Positions 38,795 to 51,077 of a DNA stretch of 64,000 nucleotides are shown here, in pieces. Source of the DNA: Octopus vulgaris (taxonomy: Eukaryota); the NCBI GenBank assembly GCA_951406725.2, contig OX597823.1:39060001-39124000 (forward strand). The letters run 5' to 3'. How positions within the stretch are numbered: position 1 is the stretch's first letter; the number at the start of each line of letters is the position of its first letter. The notes under the pieces were generated by a model. That model had not been told where the DNA came from. It saw only the letters and a list, made by a program, of their open reading frames with translations, and ran no database searches. The position numbers and the translations under genes are program-made.

Positions 38795-39003
38795 CAAGAG
38801 GGTGCTGAAAAGTTCCTGGCTTTTAGGGTATTGTGAAAGGCCTTCCTGGAGGCTCAACTTTCCAAGTTCTTTTATAAGGCTTAGAAAAACTGAAGGACCA
38901 TTGAGATAAGTGTGTGAATCTGAAAGGGGAATATATTGAATGAAATCATAATTAACTTGCATTTTCTTTTACCCAAAGCCAGGAACTTTTCAGCACCCTC
39001 TTG
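38795..39003 (+). mobile_element. Mariner-derived MITE
   Basis: Perfect 29-bp TIR caagagggtgctgaaaagttcctggcttt with a TA target duplication. An internal remnant reads GLEKLKDH*DKCVNLKGEYIE*, like a mariner transposase C-terminus. Confidence 0.9.
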
Positions 39004-39016
39004 TATATGCAAATAT

Positions 39017-39093
<77 letters not shown>

Positions 39094-39799
39094 ATACTGT
39101 ATAGGTTGTTAGGGTAAATCCTACTTATTCTTGAAGCACATCTGCTTGTTCTAGTATTACAATCCAATATGTAGTCTCAGTTGCTGAGTTCTTTGTATAC
39201 ACACACACACACATACATATATACAGAGAGAGAGGAGGGGAGAGGGCGAAAGAGATAGAGGTAAGAAGAAGTGTGTGGCTTAGCAGTTAGCATGTTAGTC
39301 CTCATACTCATAAGACTGTGGGTTCAATTCCTGCACAAAGCACGTGGTGTCTTTGCGCAATCAATACCAGCCAAGTACCAGTGCTTCTCTCTCTTTTCCT
39401 TCAGTTGTCACATCCTCAGTGTTCTTCTGGGTCAAGGAGAGGAAAGCCAAGAGATTGTCCTGTGTCTATTCTCAATAACAAAACCACTTAAAACACTCAA
39501 AACAATTACAAAAAACGTGGTGCAAGCTTCCGGGTCAAACTAGCTTAAGATTGACAGCATTGTATGTATGTATATATATGTATATATATAAATATATTTA
39601 TGTATATATGTACTTGTCATCATCATCATCATTATTGTTTAATGTCCACCTTCCTTTCTGGTATGGGTGGGATGGTTTGACAGGAGAAGAGCCAGGCAGA
39701 AGCCTGCACCGGACTTCTGTGACTTTTGGCAGGAATTTTTTGGCTAGATGCCCTTACTAACACCGACAACTCAGCAGAGTAGACTTAGTACTTTTTACA

Positions 39800-39832
<33 letters not shown>

Positions 39833-40304
39833 TACACACACATGTAGGTATGTATTCCAACACTGTGTTTCAGCTTTACTTATCCTTTTTTCCAGGCTGA
39901 TAAAATAAAATAACTATATTTGCTGCTATATAAAATGTATTTTTCTTCTCCCCCAAAATGTTTCAGAACTCATTCTGGGTCCCATATACGAAGTTGGGTT
40001 TCTCAGCTGTCACATCCTCATGGTTCTTCTGCACCAAAAACTTTTATTTTTTACCTGTGTGGTAAGAAGCTTGCTTCCCAACCATGGTTCTGAGTTCAGT
40101 CCCACTGTGTGACACCTTGGGCAGGTGTCCTCCCCTATAGCCTTGGGCCGACAAAAGTCTTGTGAGTTGATTTGATAGACAGAAACTGAAAGAAGACTGT
40201 TGTATGTATTTATATATATATATATATATATGTATGTATGGTGTCTGTGTTTATCCCCACACCATTGCTGTTGTGTTTATGTCCCTGTAACTAATCAGTT
40301 TGTG

Positions 40305-40438
40305 CCAGTCACGAGGCCAAACATCCGTGAAAGTTTCATCTAAATCCATCCAGTGGTTCTTGAGATATCTTGTCCATTGATAAACAAACAAACACAACTG
40401 AAAACAATACCTCCGCCTTTGTTAAGGTGGAGGTAATA
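40305..40438 (+). mobile_element. Helentron-associated (HINE/DINE-1-like) element 3' end
   Basis: aagtttcatctaaatccatccagtggttcttgagatatc, an (AAAC)n tract, then the terminal hairpin tacctccgcctt-tgtt-aaggtggaggta (40408-40435). Confidence 0.6.
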
Positions 40439-40910
40439 AATTGATCTATAAGAGGAGGTAATTCTCTGGCTTAAGTTATACCTGCTAGACACTTAATTCT
40501 TCAAATCCTAACATTTCTTCCAGAATTTGTTGTTTTATGAGATCCTTACCTTTAATTATTAAATAATTGTTTTACTAAATAAGTAGCAGACATAATATTG
40601 AATACCTCATTCTTAAGGATCGCATCACATTCCAGAGAACAACAGTTATGAAGTGGTTTCAAAAAAATGGAATAAATGGAATCGGGAATTTTGTTAAGCC
40701 ATTGGATTTTAAGATATCTGTTACGACTGTTACTTATATTTGCTCTTATACATATGTAGCTTATCTCTTGATTTTCTGTGTAAATCACAACATCCATACA
40801 TAATGAGTATCTATACTGTGTTTGATGACATACGAGATGCACTTTTTTTAAAGACAAAATGTCTCAATGATATTGTCTGGTTCCTATTTCGGAAATTGGT
40901 CCTATAGATA

Positions 40911-41321
40911 TACTCTTTACTCTTTTACTCTTTTACTTGTTTCAGTCATTTGACTGTGGCCATGCTGGAGCACCGCCTTTAGTCGAGCAAATCGACCCCG
41001 GGACTTATTCTTTGTAAGCCCAGTACTTATTCTATCGGTCTTTTGCCGAACCGCTAAGTGACGGGGACGTAAACACACAAGCATCGGTTGTCAAGCAATG
41101 CTAGGGGAACAAACACAGACACACAAACACATACACTTATATATATATACATATATACGACAGGCTTCTTTCAGTTTCCGTCTACCAAATCCACTCACAA
41201 GGCATTGATCGGCCCGGGGCTATAGCAGAAGACACTTGCCCAAGATGCCACGCAGTGGGACTGAACCCGGAACCATGTGGTTGGTTAGCAAGCTACTTAC
41301 CACACAGCCACTCCTGCGCCT
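40911..41321 (-). mobile_element. Full-length young SINE family A
   Basis: tRNA-like head (tggctgtgtggtaag...gggttcagtccc), CORE-like cttgggcaagtg segment, internal microsatellite and (GTAAAAGA)n tail. CpGs are largely retained. Confidence 0.9.
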
Positions 41322-41442
41322 ATAATATGCATTTATACGCAAAAATTTTTTTCATGAATATGCAGTGCTGAAAATGGGGTGCGTGTAATATACCTAACAT
41401 GTGTGTGTGAACACATGCTGTATGTATGCATATATGTATGTA

Positions 41443-42710
41443 CAGGGGTTAGACAAAATAATGGAAACATGTAACATCATAGCATCATAATTTTGAAATA
41501 TCTATAAAACTGTCAAAAGCTTGTTTATTTTTGTGTCTTTTGAATTATTATTAATATTGCTTAATATGTTTTGCTAAAAGTACTGTTTCTTTTCAGATAT
41601 CATCAGAAAAAAGTAATTAAAATTTATTAAAATGACAGATCTATTGGACTTTCAAAGCGGTCAAATTGTTGGTACTCATATGGCAGGTGCTAGCATAATG
41701 AAAACAGATGAAATGTTTGGTGTATCAAGAAGTACTATCTTGAAAGTAATGACAGCCTTTGAGAAAGAGGGAAAAACCTCCTTGTCGAAACAAAACTCCA
41801 GAAGAAAGCCAAAACTTTCAGGTAGGGACTGTCAGACTCTTACGCGAATTGTTAGGAAGGATCACAAAAGTACAGTTCCCAAAATTACTACAAAGTTTAA
41901 TGACTACCTCGAGAACCCAGTTTCCTCAAAAACTGTTCACTGGGAGCTGCACAAAGCTGGATTTCACGGGAGGGCTGTAATCAGAAAACCACTACTTTCA
42001 AAAACAGATGTTGCAAAACGTTTAGAGTGGAGTAAAAAACCTACATAATAGGTCCCTTGAGCAGTGGAAGAATGTTATTTTCTCAAATGAGTCATCCTTT
42101 ACCTTACTTCTGACCACCAGCCAAGTATATTGTGGAGACAGCCAAAAGAAGCATTTGACCCAAACTGCCTTCTTCCATCTGTTAAACATGGAGGAGGATC
42201 TGTGATGATCTGTGGGGTCTACATCTTGGAAATCTTCCAGCCCAATGATTTCCATTCATGGTAGAATTAACAGTGAAGACTATTTAAGCATTTTATCTAT
42301 TCAAATTCATCCTATTGTTGCAGAACTGTTTCCAGAGGGAAACGCAATCTTTCAGGATGATAATGCACCAATTCACATAGCTAAATTTGTTACTGAATGG
42401 CACGAAGAACATTCTGGTGAAGTTGAACGTCTTATCTGGCCACCACAGTCCCCAGATTTCAATATCATTGGACATTTATGGTGCATTTTAGAAAAAGAAG
42501 TAATGAGTCGATATTCTCAACCATCATCACTACAAGAACTGGAGACTGTGTTAGCAGAAGAATGGATAAAAATTCCTTTGGAAACAATTCTAACTTTGTA
42601 CGAGTCCATACCTTGTAGAATTCAAGCTGTAATTACTGCCAAAGGCGGTCCTACCCCATATTAAAATAAATTTGTTCGAAATTTTAGGCGTTTCCTTTAT
42701 TCTGCCCCAA

Positions 42711-42716
<6 letters not shown>
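41443..42716 (+). mobile_element. Tc1-like transposon with pseudogenised transposase (41632-42664)
   Basis: TA-CAGGGG left TIR and a degenerate right TIR at about 42688-42716. There is an HTH region and DD34E triad remnants VIFSNES (D>N), FQDDNAPIH and SPDFNIIGHLW (E>G), with stops and frameshifts. Confidence 0.92.
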
Positions 42717-42752
<36 letters not shown>

Positions 42753-43759
42753 CGTGTACAGGGGTGTTTGTATGTTTATGCATGGATGGATGGATGATTT
42801 GTTTGTGTGTGGTCTGATCTGTAGTAAGAATCTATGGTTTTTGCAATCTCTCTAATTCCGGCGAGATTGATGTAACTGAAACATCGGAAAGTCAACGACT
42901 CTTCGGAAAAAAAAACCAAAAAAAAAAAAACTCATGTGTGAGGATTTCTTGTACCCTGATGTTACGGGACAGAACAACTGGGTGTAATGTTCATTATAGG
43001 GCTTGGGATGAACAGAGCATAGTGAACAGAGAAGTAGAGACGTGGTGTTATGACTACACACACCTTCTGGAGACTCTGTAATAGCAACAGAGATGACAGA
43101 ATGAGGAAACAAATTTAATGATGTTACTATCTTCTACTAATGTTGAAGAAACTTATCATTGTTCGCTTTTAAGCTTAAAAAAGTAACATTTTCTTCTGCG
43201 AAATTAGTTCTATGTAATTTAATTTTTTAAACTATAAATATTTTATTACTTTAAAATACGTATTAATGTAAGGAAATTATCAAAACAAAAAAAAAAAAAT
43301 GCATTGATGTAAGGGAAGTAATTCAAATGTCTTAACTAGTTATTTCCCTTGTTCTTTCGCATGAATCAGTTAAACATCGTTGATATATTAGAATCAAAAA
43401 TAAAAATTGTCTTGATTAAATTGAACCAAGAATATAAAAATTGTTCTAGTTAAATCATGCGAGAAATTAATTTTATTTTTCATTAAGAAGTAAAGATGAA
43501 TAGGGAGCTGCCTGTCTTAAAGAAGAGATGATAGGAATTTGCTTGAAACAATATAGTCATTTCTTATAGTATTCCATAGATGGTTCCTGTATTTTGAATT
43601 GTCCCTAGTAGATACCCTGTCGCATATTCATTATCTCACTAGGACGCTTAACTATTTTGAACTTGAAATCGCTCTTAGTTTTATGATACAAACGTCCTAT
43701 TTTAAAGTGATTTAAATTGAAACTTTCCATTAAAATTTATGTTCCAAATACCAGTTTAA

Positions 43760-44147
43760 GGATCTTTTCGGTTTGAACGGCAATTTTTTCTAGCTGTGTC
43801 ATATGAAATTGCCACCCATAATTATGACCCTAGTATCGATCTATTGCATTTCACTCTGTTTTAGGGTTAGGGTTAGGGGTGGGGGAAGGGTATCTTTTTT
43901 TCTTCAGAAATGTAAATAAACCCAAATCTGTTTCTTAAACGAGGGACATTTTCATATGGCACAGAATGTTTTCACCTCAATAGACGTCATTGATTGGTTG
44001 AAATTGCAGAAATTGAAGGAAAAAAAGCAACAAAACGCCAAGAGAAAAAGATGTTTTATAAACACATTCTACCAGTATACGAAGTTTAAAAGTGTTTAGT
44101 TACGGGGAAATTATTTTAAAAAACTGCCGTTCAAACCGAAAAGATCC
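43760..44147. mobile_element. Non-autonomous DNA transposon (Merlin-like), 9-bp TSD
   Basis: TIR ggatcttttcggtttgaacggca / tgccgttcaaaccgaaaagatcc and TSD ccagtttaa (43751, 44148). It is inserted in a piggyBac-like MITE and carries an internal (TTAGGG)3. Confidence 0.85.
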
Positions 44148-44590
44148 CCAGTTTAATAATGCCAAAATTATTTTAATAAATTCTTAATTATTTTCAAAAT
44201 TAATTGAAACAAATACAGTGTATTTCAAAAAAAAATATGACAACAAACAGGTTGAAGAGAAAATCAGTCTTGTTGATTAAAACTGTTAACATTGATGGAT
44301 ATCTAAACCAGTGCTCAACCATTTCTCCAAGAAACAACTAAATATAGCACTGGATTCAATAGAAATCACACTTCAATTATGTGCACAACTGAGATTTTAT
44401 CCAATGAACAGCAACTGTTCACGTGATAATTTGGTGGTTTGACTAGAATTTTATGTGAGCAAGGCCTACAAATACAGCCAAATTGAGCACCAAAAATTCA
44501 GAGTGTCTTGAGCTGAGTTGGTATACACTCCACTAATAGCTTTTTTTCACAACTGCATATTCAACCTGAAATGATTACAGAAGAAGACAT

Positions 44591-45541
44591 GGATCTTTTT
44601 GCTTTGACCGGCAGATTTTCAAAATAATTTCCATTTAACTAAACACTTTTAAACTTCGTATACTGGTAGAATGTGTTTATAAAACATCTTTTTCTCTTGG
44701 CTTTCTTGAGAAAATTCTGTAGTTTGTAAGATATTTCTAAGATAAATTATGGGTGACATTTTCATATGACACCGCCAGAAAATGTAGTTTACACTCTATG
44801 GCAGAAATCGTTTTCACCTCAATAGACGTCATCGATTGGTTGAAATTGCCAAAATTGAAGAAAATATCTTACAAATATCTTTCAAACTACAGAATTTTCT
44901 CAAGAAAGCCAAGAGAAAAAGATGTTTTATAAACGACGTGCAACCAAAAGAATACCCTCCATCAGGCATTTGCCATATTCTGAACGCCTTACTTCCCTGG
45001 GCATGGACACATTGAAACTCCGACATCTGGCAGCTAACTTGGCAGACACCCATAAAATTATCAACCATCGTACAAACAATAACTCTGAGCTCCTTTTCAA
45101 ACTCCACCCATCTAACAACCGTGGATATATTTACAAAGTCAGAAAACAACACAGCTCCCATGACTTTAGGAAACATTTTTTCACGCTGAGAGTTGCTGAA
45201 GCATGGAACAAACTGCCAGTATCAGTTGTTAGTTGTCGGAGCACTGCATCCTTCAAAACTTCCATGCTTTCTGAGATTTGCCAACACTACACCTGATTTT
45301 CTCCCCTCCATACACACACAAGCATGTATCTGACTCATGCATTGTTCGCTTTCCAGACATTTGTACATTACTGCATGTGCTTTATATGCACTGTCTGACA
45401 AGTTGTGGTGCACCTGAGCACTGTATACAATAATTTCATTATTATTATTATTTAAACACATTCTACCAGTATACAAAGTTTAAAAGTGTTTAGTTACATG
45501 GAAATTATTTTAAAAATCTGCCGGTCAAAGCGAAAAGATCC
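44591..45541. mobile_element. Second Merlin-like element, 8-bp TSD, interrupted by a CR1 fragment
   Basis: TIR ggatctttt.gctttgaccggcagatttt with long subterminal inverted arms. TSD gaagacat/gaagacac. Confidence 0.85.
44935..45452 (+). mobile_element. CR1-clade LINE 3' fragment with (ATT)n tail
   Basis: RRATKRIP...YSERL..LG..TL..R...FFTLRVAEAWNKLP, with a short duplication taaac on both sides. Confidence 0.9.
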
Positions 45542-47087
45542 GAAGACACACCATGGCACCTGAATATGTATTTGATATGTAAAAATTAGATCAAATGTTG
45601 AGTTTCTAACAAAGACATTCTGTACATATCATATGTTATTCTATCTGAATGTTTCCATTAATTGTATTGCATGAACCCTTTACTTATTACTGTAACAAAT
45701 AAATTATTTTTCAATACACAAAGAAGCCTTCATAATTAAACAGTAATATTTATTTTTTTAAAATTATAATTAATTCTTCCTTCTTTTTTTCCATTTATTA
45801 TAGTTTTAGTTTATTATAATCTGAAATATTTTTTCAGTGATATATCTAATACTTGGGTGGGTTTACATTCAGTTTCGTTGGGTTTAGTCTTTATAAAATC
45901 TATTAATTCACAGATAAACACAAACTCGCAAACACACACACACTCACACACACATGTACACATATTCACACACATACATGTACGTGTTCACACACATACA
46001 TGTACGTGTTCACACACATACATGCACATGTTCACAGACATAGACTGAATAAGTAAACTTCTACATTCTGTTATGATATCATATTCCTTTTTGTCTCTTG
46101 ATGGTTAAAACATATATATACATAAAGAAAAAAGTATATAGAGACAAATGAAACTGCACAGCTTTATTCCAGATTTATGTATGTACATGCATACATATGT
46201 ACATACATACATATGTACATACATAACATAGATAGATAGATACATACATACGTACGTACGTACATACATACATACATACATACATAAGTAGTAAAAGATT
46301 ACCCCAAAACGATTACCGGTTTGTTCTCAATTATACATACATATATATATATGTATATATATATGTATATACATATGTGTGTGCATGCATGTGTGTGTGC
46401 ACGCGCGTGCATGAATAATACACATAGACACATATAAAAAAAATAAAGTTTAGGCGATAATCTTAGTTGGAAGATATATATACAACAAACTTTACACACA
46501 TCACCAGGGTACATTCAGGTATTCCTATGCCATCATATATAAATATAAGCACTCACACACACACATTAACACATGTGCATGTATACATACACACCACACT
46601 CATGCAATAAAAACTAATATATATATTATCCGTGGTTGCAGGAATCATAATTTCAAATAATTCGATCTTCAGCTTTTCAACAATGACACAGATTTCATCA
46701 TAATATTCTGGAATAAAAAATAAAATATCAAATAAAATTCATAATAAATCATTAAGAAATATTTTAATCATAATATTAATGCAGTTATGAAATATCAAAA
46801 TAGCTCATATTAATCTGCGATAATCTTCTATAATGCTGGTATTAGATCGGTAGAATTGGTAGAACATCAGACTAAATGCTGTGCAGTATTTACTTGTGAT
46901 AATTTATGTTTACAGTTCAATTCCCTCTGAAGCCTACTTTGCTGATTATCCTTCTAGAATCAATAAAATAAAGTACCAGTCATTATTCAGTTATATTTCA
47001 AAGTTTTTTGCCAATAAATAAAGAGCCAGTTTCTAACCTAGATTCAAGGCTCCTTCATTGGAATTTCAACATCAACAGGGTATATAT

Positions 47088-47091
47088 GTAC

Positions 47092-47125
<34 letters not shown>

Positions 47126-47156
47126 ATGTATGTATGTATGTATGCATGCATGCATT

Positions 47157-47204
<48 letters not shown>

Positions 47205-47300
47205 TAGGTAGGTAGGTAGGTAGGTAGATAGGTAGGTAGGTAGGTAGGTATGTATGCATGTATGTATGTATGTATGTATGTATGTATGTATGTATGTATG
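47088..47300. repeat. Compound microsatellite (GT)n(GTAT)n(GCAT)n(GCAG)n(GTAG)n(GTAT)n
   Basis: Read directly. Confidence 0.95.
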
Positions 47301-47307
47301 GAACAAT

Positions 47308-47725
47308 GGGCAGAGAAACTCTTGAGAGTCAGCAGCCATCCAATAAATGTCTTAAGGCTGTATCATGCGCGGGGACATAGAAATAATTGGACTGAATACC
47401 CGATTGCGCGGTTAAACCATTGGGAGTGAAGGACTCCTAGCCTTTGTTAGGGCATCCTTCTAGGAGAAGGTAACTCAGGTAACTGGGATAACTCCGACAT
47501 AGAACCTGCGGCTCAGTGGTTACCGATGATGTTGACTTGTTCTTCTTTTCAGATTATGGCTGCTGTTGCTTAGTGAGTGAGATTGACTCAGTGCACAGCC
47601 TTTCCTCACTTTAAAAAAAAATCTTCTTGCACAGGCATTGCACGATAACAACATTGATTAAGCTTTGTGCAACGGCCATACTCGATAACGAGGGGGCAGC
47701 CACCATGTATATGTATGTATGTATA
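47308..47725 (+). mobile_element. Non-autonomous RTE-related repeat (5'UTR-like body with (TATG)n tail)
   Basis: Homologous to 54640-54916 (-). The segment ttagggcatccttctaggagaaggtaactc resembles RTE 5' UTR motifs. Confidence 0.55.
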
Positions 47726-49160
47726 GATAAGTGTGTGTGTATATATGTGTGTGCCCCCTTTATCCCCCTTTCCCAAAGGTCTGCTGCTTATGTTGAAATA
47801 ATGTCCCCAGTGAATAAACAATGGATCTTATAAACTAAGATTTACATTTTACTACCTTCAATGTTTCTACGATTTCTTAGATTCTGTTCCTTTACATTTT
47901 GAGTTCAAATTCTGTTAAGGAAGACTTTAAAATACCTTCTTCAAGGAACGATAAAATAATCATTTGCTGGGGAGACGTAAATTAACTCCATGCTAATTAT
48001 TACCTTTGGGTCCTTGTGCCAATGTTAGAGATTTTTACAATTACATTCCTTTTTGCTACAGGTACCTCTACTGGCACACCATCAATTATGACTACAAGGG
48101 TTCCAGTTGATCCGATCAATGGAACAGCCTGCTCGTGAAATTAATGTTCTAGTGACTGAACACTACACATGATATATGTACCCTTAAAATAAATCTCAGG
48201 GAGATTCAGTGTGATACAGATTGTGACAAATCGGTCCCTTCGCGTTACAGGTACAACTCATTTTTTTCCAGCTGAGTGGACTGAAACAATGTAAAATAAA
48301 TTGTCTTGCTCAAGGACACAACATGTTGCAGGGAATTGAAACCATGACTTTATGATCATGAGCTGAATACCCTAACCACTAAGCTAAGAGCTTTCTTTTG
48401 CTTTAGGTACAGGGCCTGAAAGGAATAAGTCAATTACATTAATCCCGGTGCTCAACTGGTATGTATTTCATCAACCCCATGAAAGGCCAAGATGAGCTTA
48501 GTGAAATTTGAACTCAGAATGTAAAAACAGACGAAATGTCACAAAGCATTTTGCACAGTGTGCTAACAATTCTGCCAGCTTGCAGTCTTAATCTTTGCAA
48601 TTAATATTAATTCTGCAGCATTACAAATGATGAAATGTTGAATTTAATTCCACCCTATTCCTAATAATATTTGTCTATTTTCCCCGGATGTTTCTTTTAC
48701 CCTTTAGCATTCAGATTACCCTATAAAATAAATATTAATGACAGAAGCAGTATTTATGCTAAGAGGTAATATTTATTTACACTTAAACGTGAGCAATCTG
48801 TTAGAACAAATTATACTGTGGTAGATACCATGAGAGAAACTCTCATATTGGCTTTTGGTGCAAAATGCAAGCTTGTTTATATTGCTAGTGGGGAGATAAA
48901 TCCCCACCAATTCCAGCACTGAGACCACTGATTTCAACCTACCTTGGTCTCATCAGTGATGGATGGTGAACTGCTAGAGATAACAGCAACTCATCTCCCC
49001 ACTAGCGATATATAGAAAATTAGTGTCTGAACAGGTACTGGTGTTTCGATTGGCCAGTGGTTTTGTTAAACAATATATATTAGTGACACATCTAATGCTT
49101 TTTCATTCATATTGTTTTTAATTAATTATACATTATCTCGTAGCTTTGAAATTTGAATGA

Positions 49161-49581
49161 TATTCTTTTATTCTTTTATTCATTTATTTGTTTCAGTCGT
49201 TTGACTGTAGCCATGCTGGAGCACCACCCTGAGGGGTTTTAGTTGAACAAATTGACCCCAGGACTTATTTTTTAAGCCTAGTACTTATTCTATCAGTCTC
49301 TTTTGTTGAGCCGCTAAATTACAGGGATGTAAACACACCAGCACAAGTTGTCAAGCAGTGGTGGGGGGACAAACATGGACACAAAGACACACACACACAT
49401 GTATACATATATATATAAACGATGGGCTTCTGTCAGTTTGTCTACCAAATCCACTCATAAGGCTTTGGTTGGTCCGAGGCTATAGTAGAAGACACTCGCT
49501 CAAGGCACCACACAGTGGGACTGAACCCAGAACCATATGGTTGGAAAGCAAGCTTCTTACCACACAGCCAAGCCTGTGCCT
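49161..49581 (-). mobile_element. Full-length SINE family A
   Basis: Colinear with 40911-41321. Confidence 0.88.
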
Positions 49582-50101
49582 GCATTGTAGAATAGGTGGG
49601 AAAGGTTGGATCAACCTGTTTGAACATAAAACCAGTAGAAAATTTGGGCCAAACATGTTAAATGCTACAAGGTAAACACTTTTGATTTCATCCCACCTGG
49701 TTCTATGATACAAAATTCATGCTTTAAATTGATCCAAATTAAAACTTTCCATGAAAATTCTATGTTGATTTATGTTTGAAACACCAGCTTAATAATAACA
49801 AAGTTATTTTTACTAAATTCTTCATTATTTTATAAATTAATTGAAATAAAGCCTGTGTATTTCAGCAGAAATATGGTAAGAAAAGGGTTAAAGTTATCTA
49901 GGTGATCCCTTTTGAGAAGTACAGCTCTGTGCAGTCATTCATACTGATAGAAAAAGCAAGGAAATTCCTATCCAGTCACACACTGCAATTTAAAAAAACA
50001 AAAAACAACGCAACGAATAATAATGAGAGTTGATGATATACAAAAGAAGAGATGGTCACAGGTGGAATGTCTTTATGTATTTGATCAGATCTGAATATCA
50101 A

Positions 50102-50190
50102 TACCAGCACCAGCACCAGCACCAGCACCAGCACCAGCACCAGCATCAGCACCACCAACAACAACAACAACACCAGCAGCAGCAACAACA
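50102..50190. repeat. (CCAGCA)n/(CAA)n/(CAG)n microsatellite, with a second (CAACAG)n tract at about 50470-50530
   Basis: Read directly. Both lie within about 530 bp downstream of the receptor stop codon. Confidence 0.9.
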
Positions 50191-50630
50191 TTTATTGAAC
50201 AAAAACACCTAAAGCTCCACGATGCTCTGGCAGGGGGTGGTGGCGACCCCTGTTGTACTCTTTCGCTCCAACTTTCTTTCACTCTTTCTTCCTGTTTCTT
50301 GTCCCCAACTTCCTACGCAACCACTGAGCCTGGATGCACATTCATCCATCCGTCAATGCTCTCAGTGTCGGGGGTTGACCTGCTTTCTCTTCTGCGGGTC
50401 TTATGAATAGCAAAGGACCATGTTTCAGACTTCTCCCATCTTGTGAACTCTTGGATGAAGACCGTTTGCTCAACAGCAACAACAGCAACAGCAACAGCAG
50501 CAACAACATCAACAACAATAACAAACTACAACTATTTAATAAAGAATAGCTGAGGGTATTTGTGAATTTAGCAGACTGTTGGTGGTATATAAACATATAC
50601 TACAGCTCTGTAGAGAAAAGATATATTTAC

Positions 50631-50965
50631 TTACGTGGTTTTATCTGAATAAATGAATTGGTCTGATGTCTTTCGTGGAGAAGAACTATTGTTTTTTTGA
50701 GTCTTGCCAGAGATCCTTCTAGCATCAGAAATCCTTCTAGATTCAGAGATCCTTTTAGGATCAGAGGTCCTTCTAGAATCTCTACGAACACTGCCTAGTG
50801 ACAGCCGTTCTGTCTCAGTAGTAGCAGCTACTTCCACTCTGTGGTGGCGCAAGCATTTACATGGCAAGACATTGGAAATGTAATTTCTATTGAAAATCAG
50901 GTAAATCCATGGATTAGTGCAGCTGTTTAGACATGCCATCAGTAGAATTACTACGACACCAGCAT
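50631..50965 (-). CDS. CTR2: Cephalotocin receptor 2, TM7 and C-tail exon
   Basis: Acceptor tttag at 50966. The phase-1 join gives ...DETVVG-N-AGVVVILLMACLNSCTNPWIY, where NPWIY is typical of the OT/VP receptor family. Stop TAA at 50633-50631. The spliced product is 422 aa from the ATG at 53404. Confidence 0.92.
50707..50778 (-). repeat. Coding 18-bp tandem repeat x4 in the receptor C-tail
   Basis: + strand units: ccagagatccttctagca, tcagaaatccttctagat, tcagagatccttttagga, tcagaggtccttctagaa. Confidence 0.9.
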
Positions 50966-51077
50966 CTAAAAATGTTGGAAATATAGAAGAAGAAAAAAGT
51001 TAAAAAGGAATATCAAAATCAAAATTGGAATAATGGAATAAATTGAAAAATAAAAATTATTTCTGGTTGCTGTAATT

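Noticed and set aside
39380-39431. CTGAGGA...GAAA on the minus strand as a hammerhead
   Set aside because: No stem II or stem I pairing could be formed.
41632-42664. Active or domesticated Tc1 transposase
   Set aside because: It has stops and frameshifts, two of three catalytic residues are mutated, and the right TIR is decayed.
43861-43879. Interstitial telomere or fusion site
   Set aside because: Only three TTAGGG units, lying inside a TIR- and TSD-bounded transposon.
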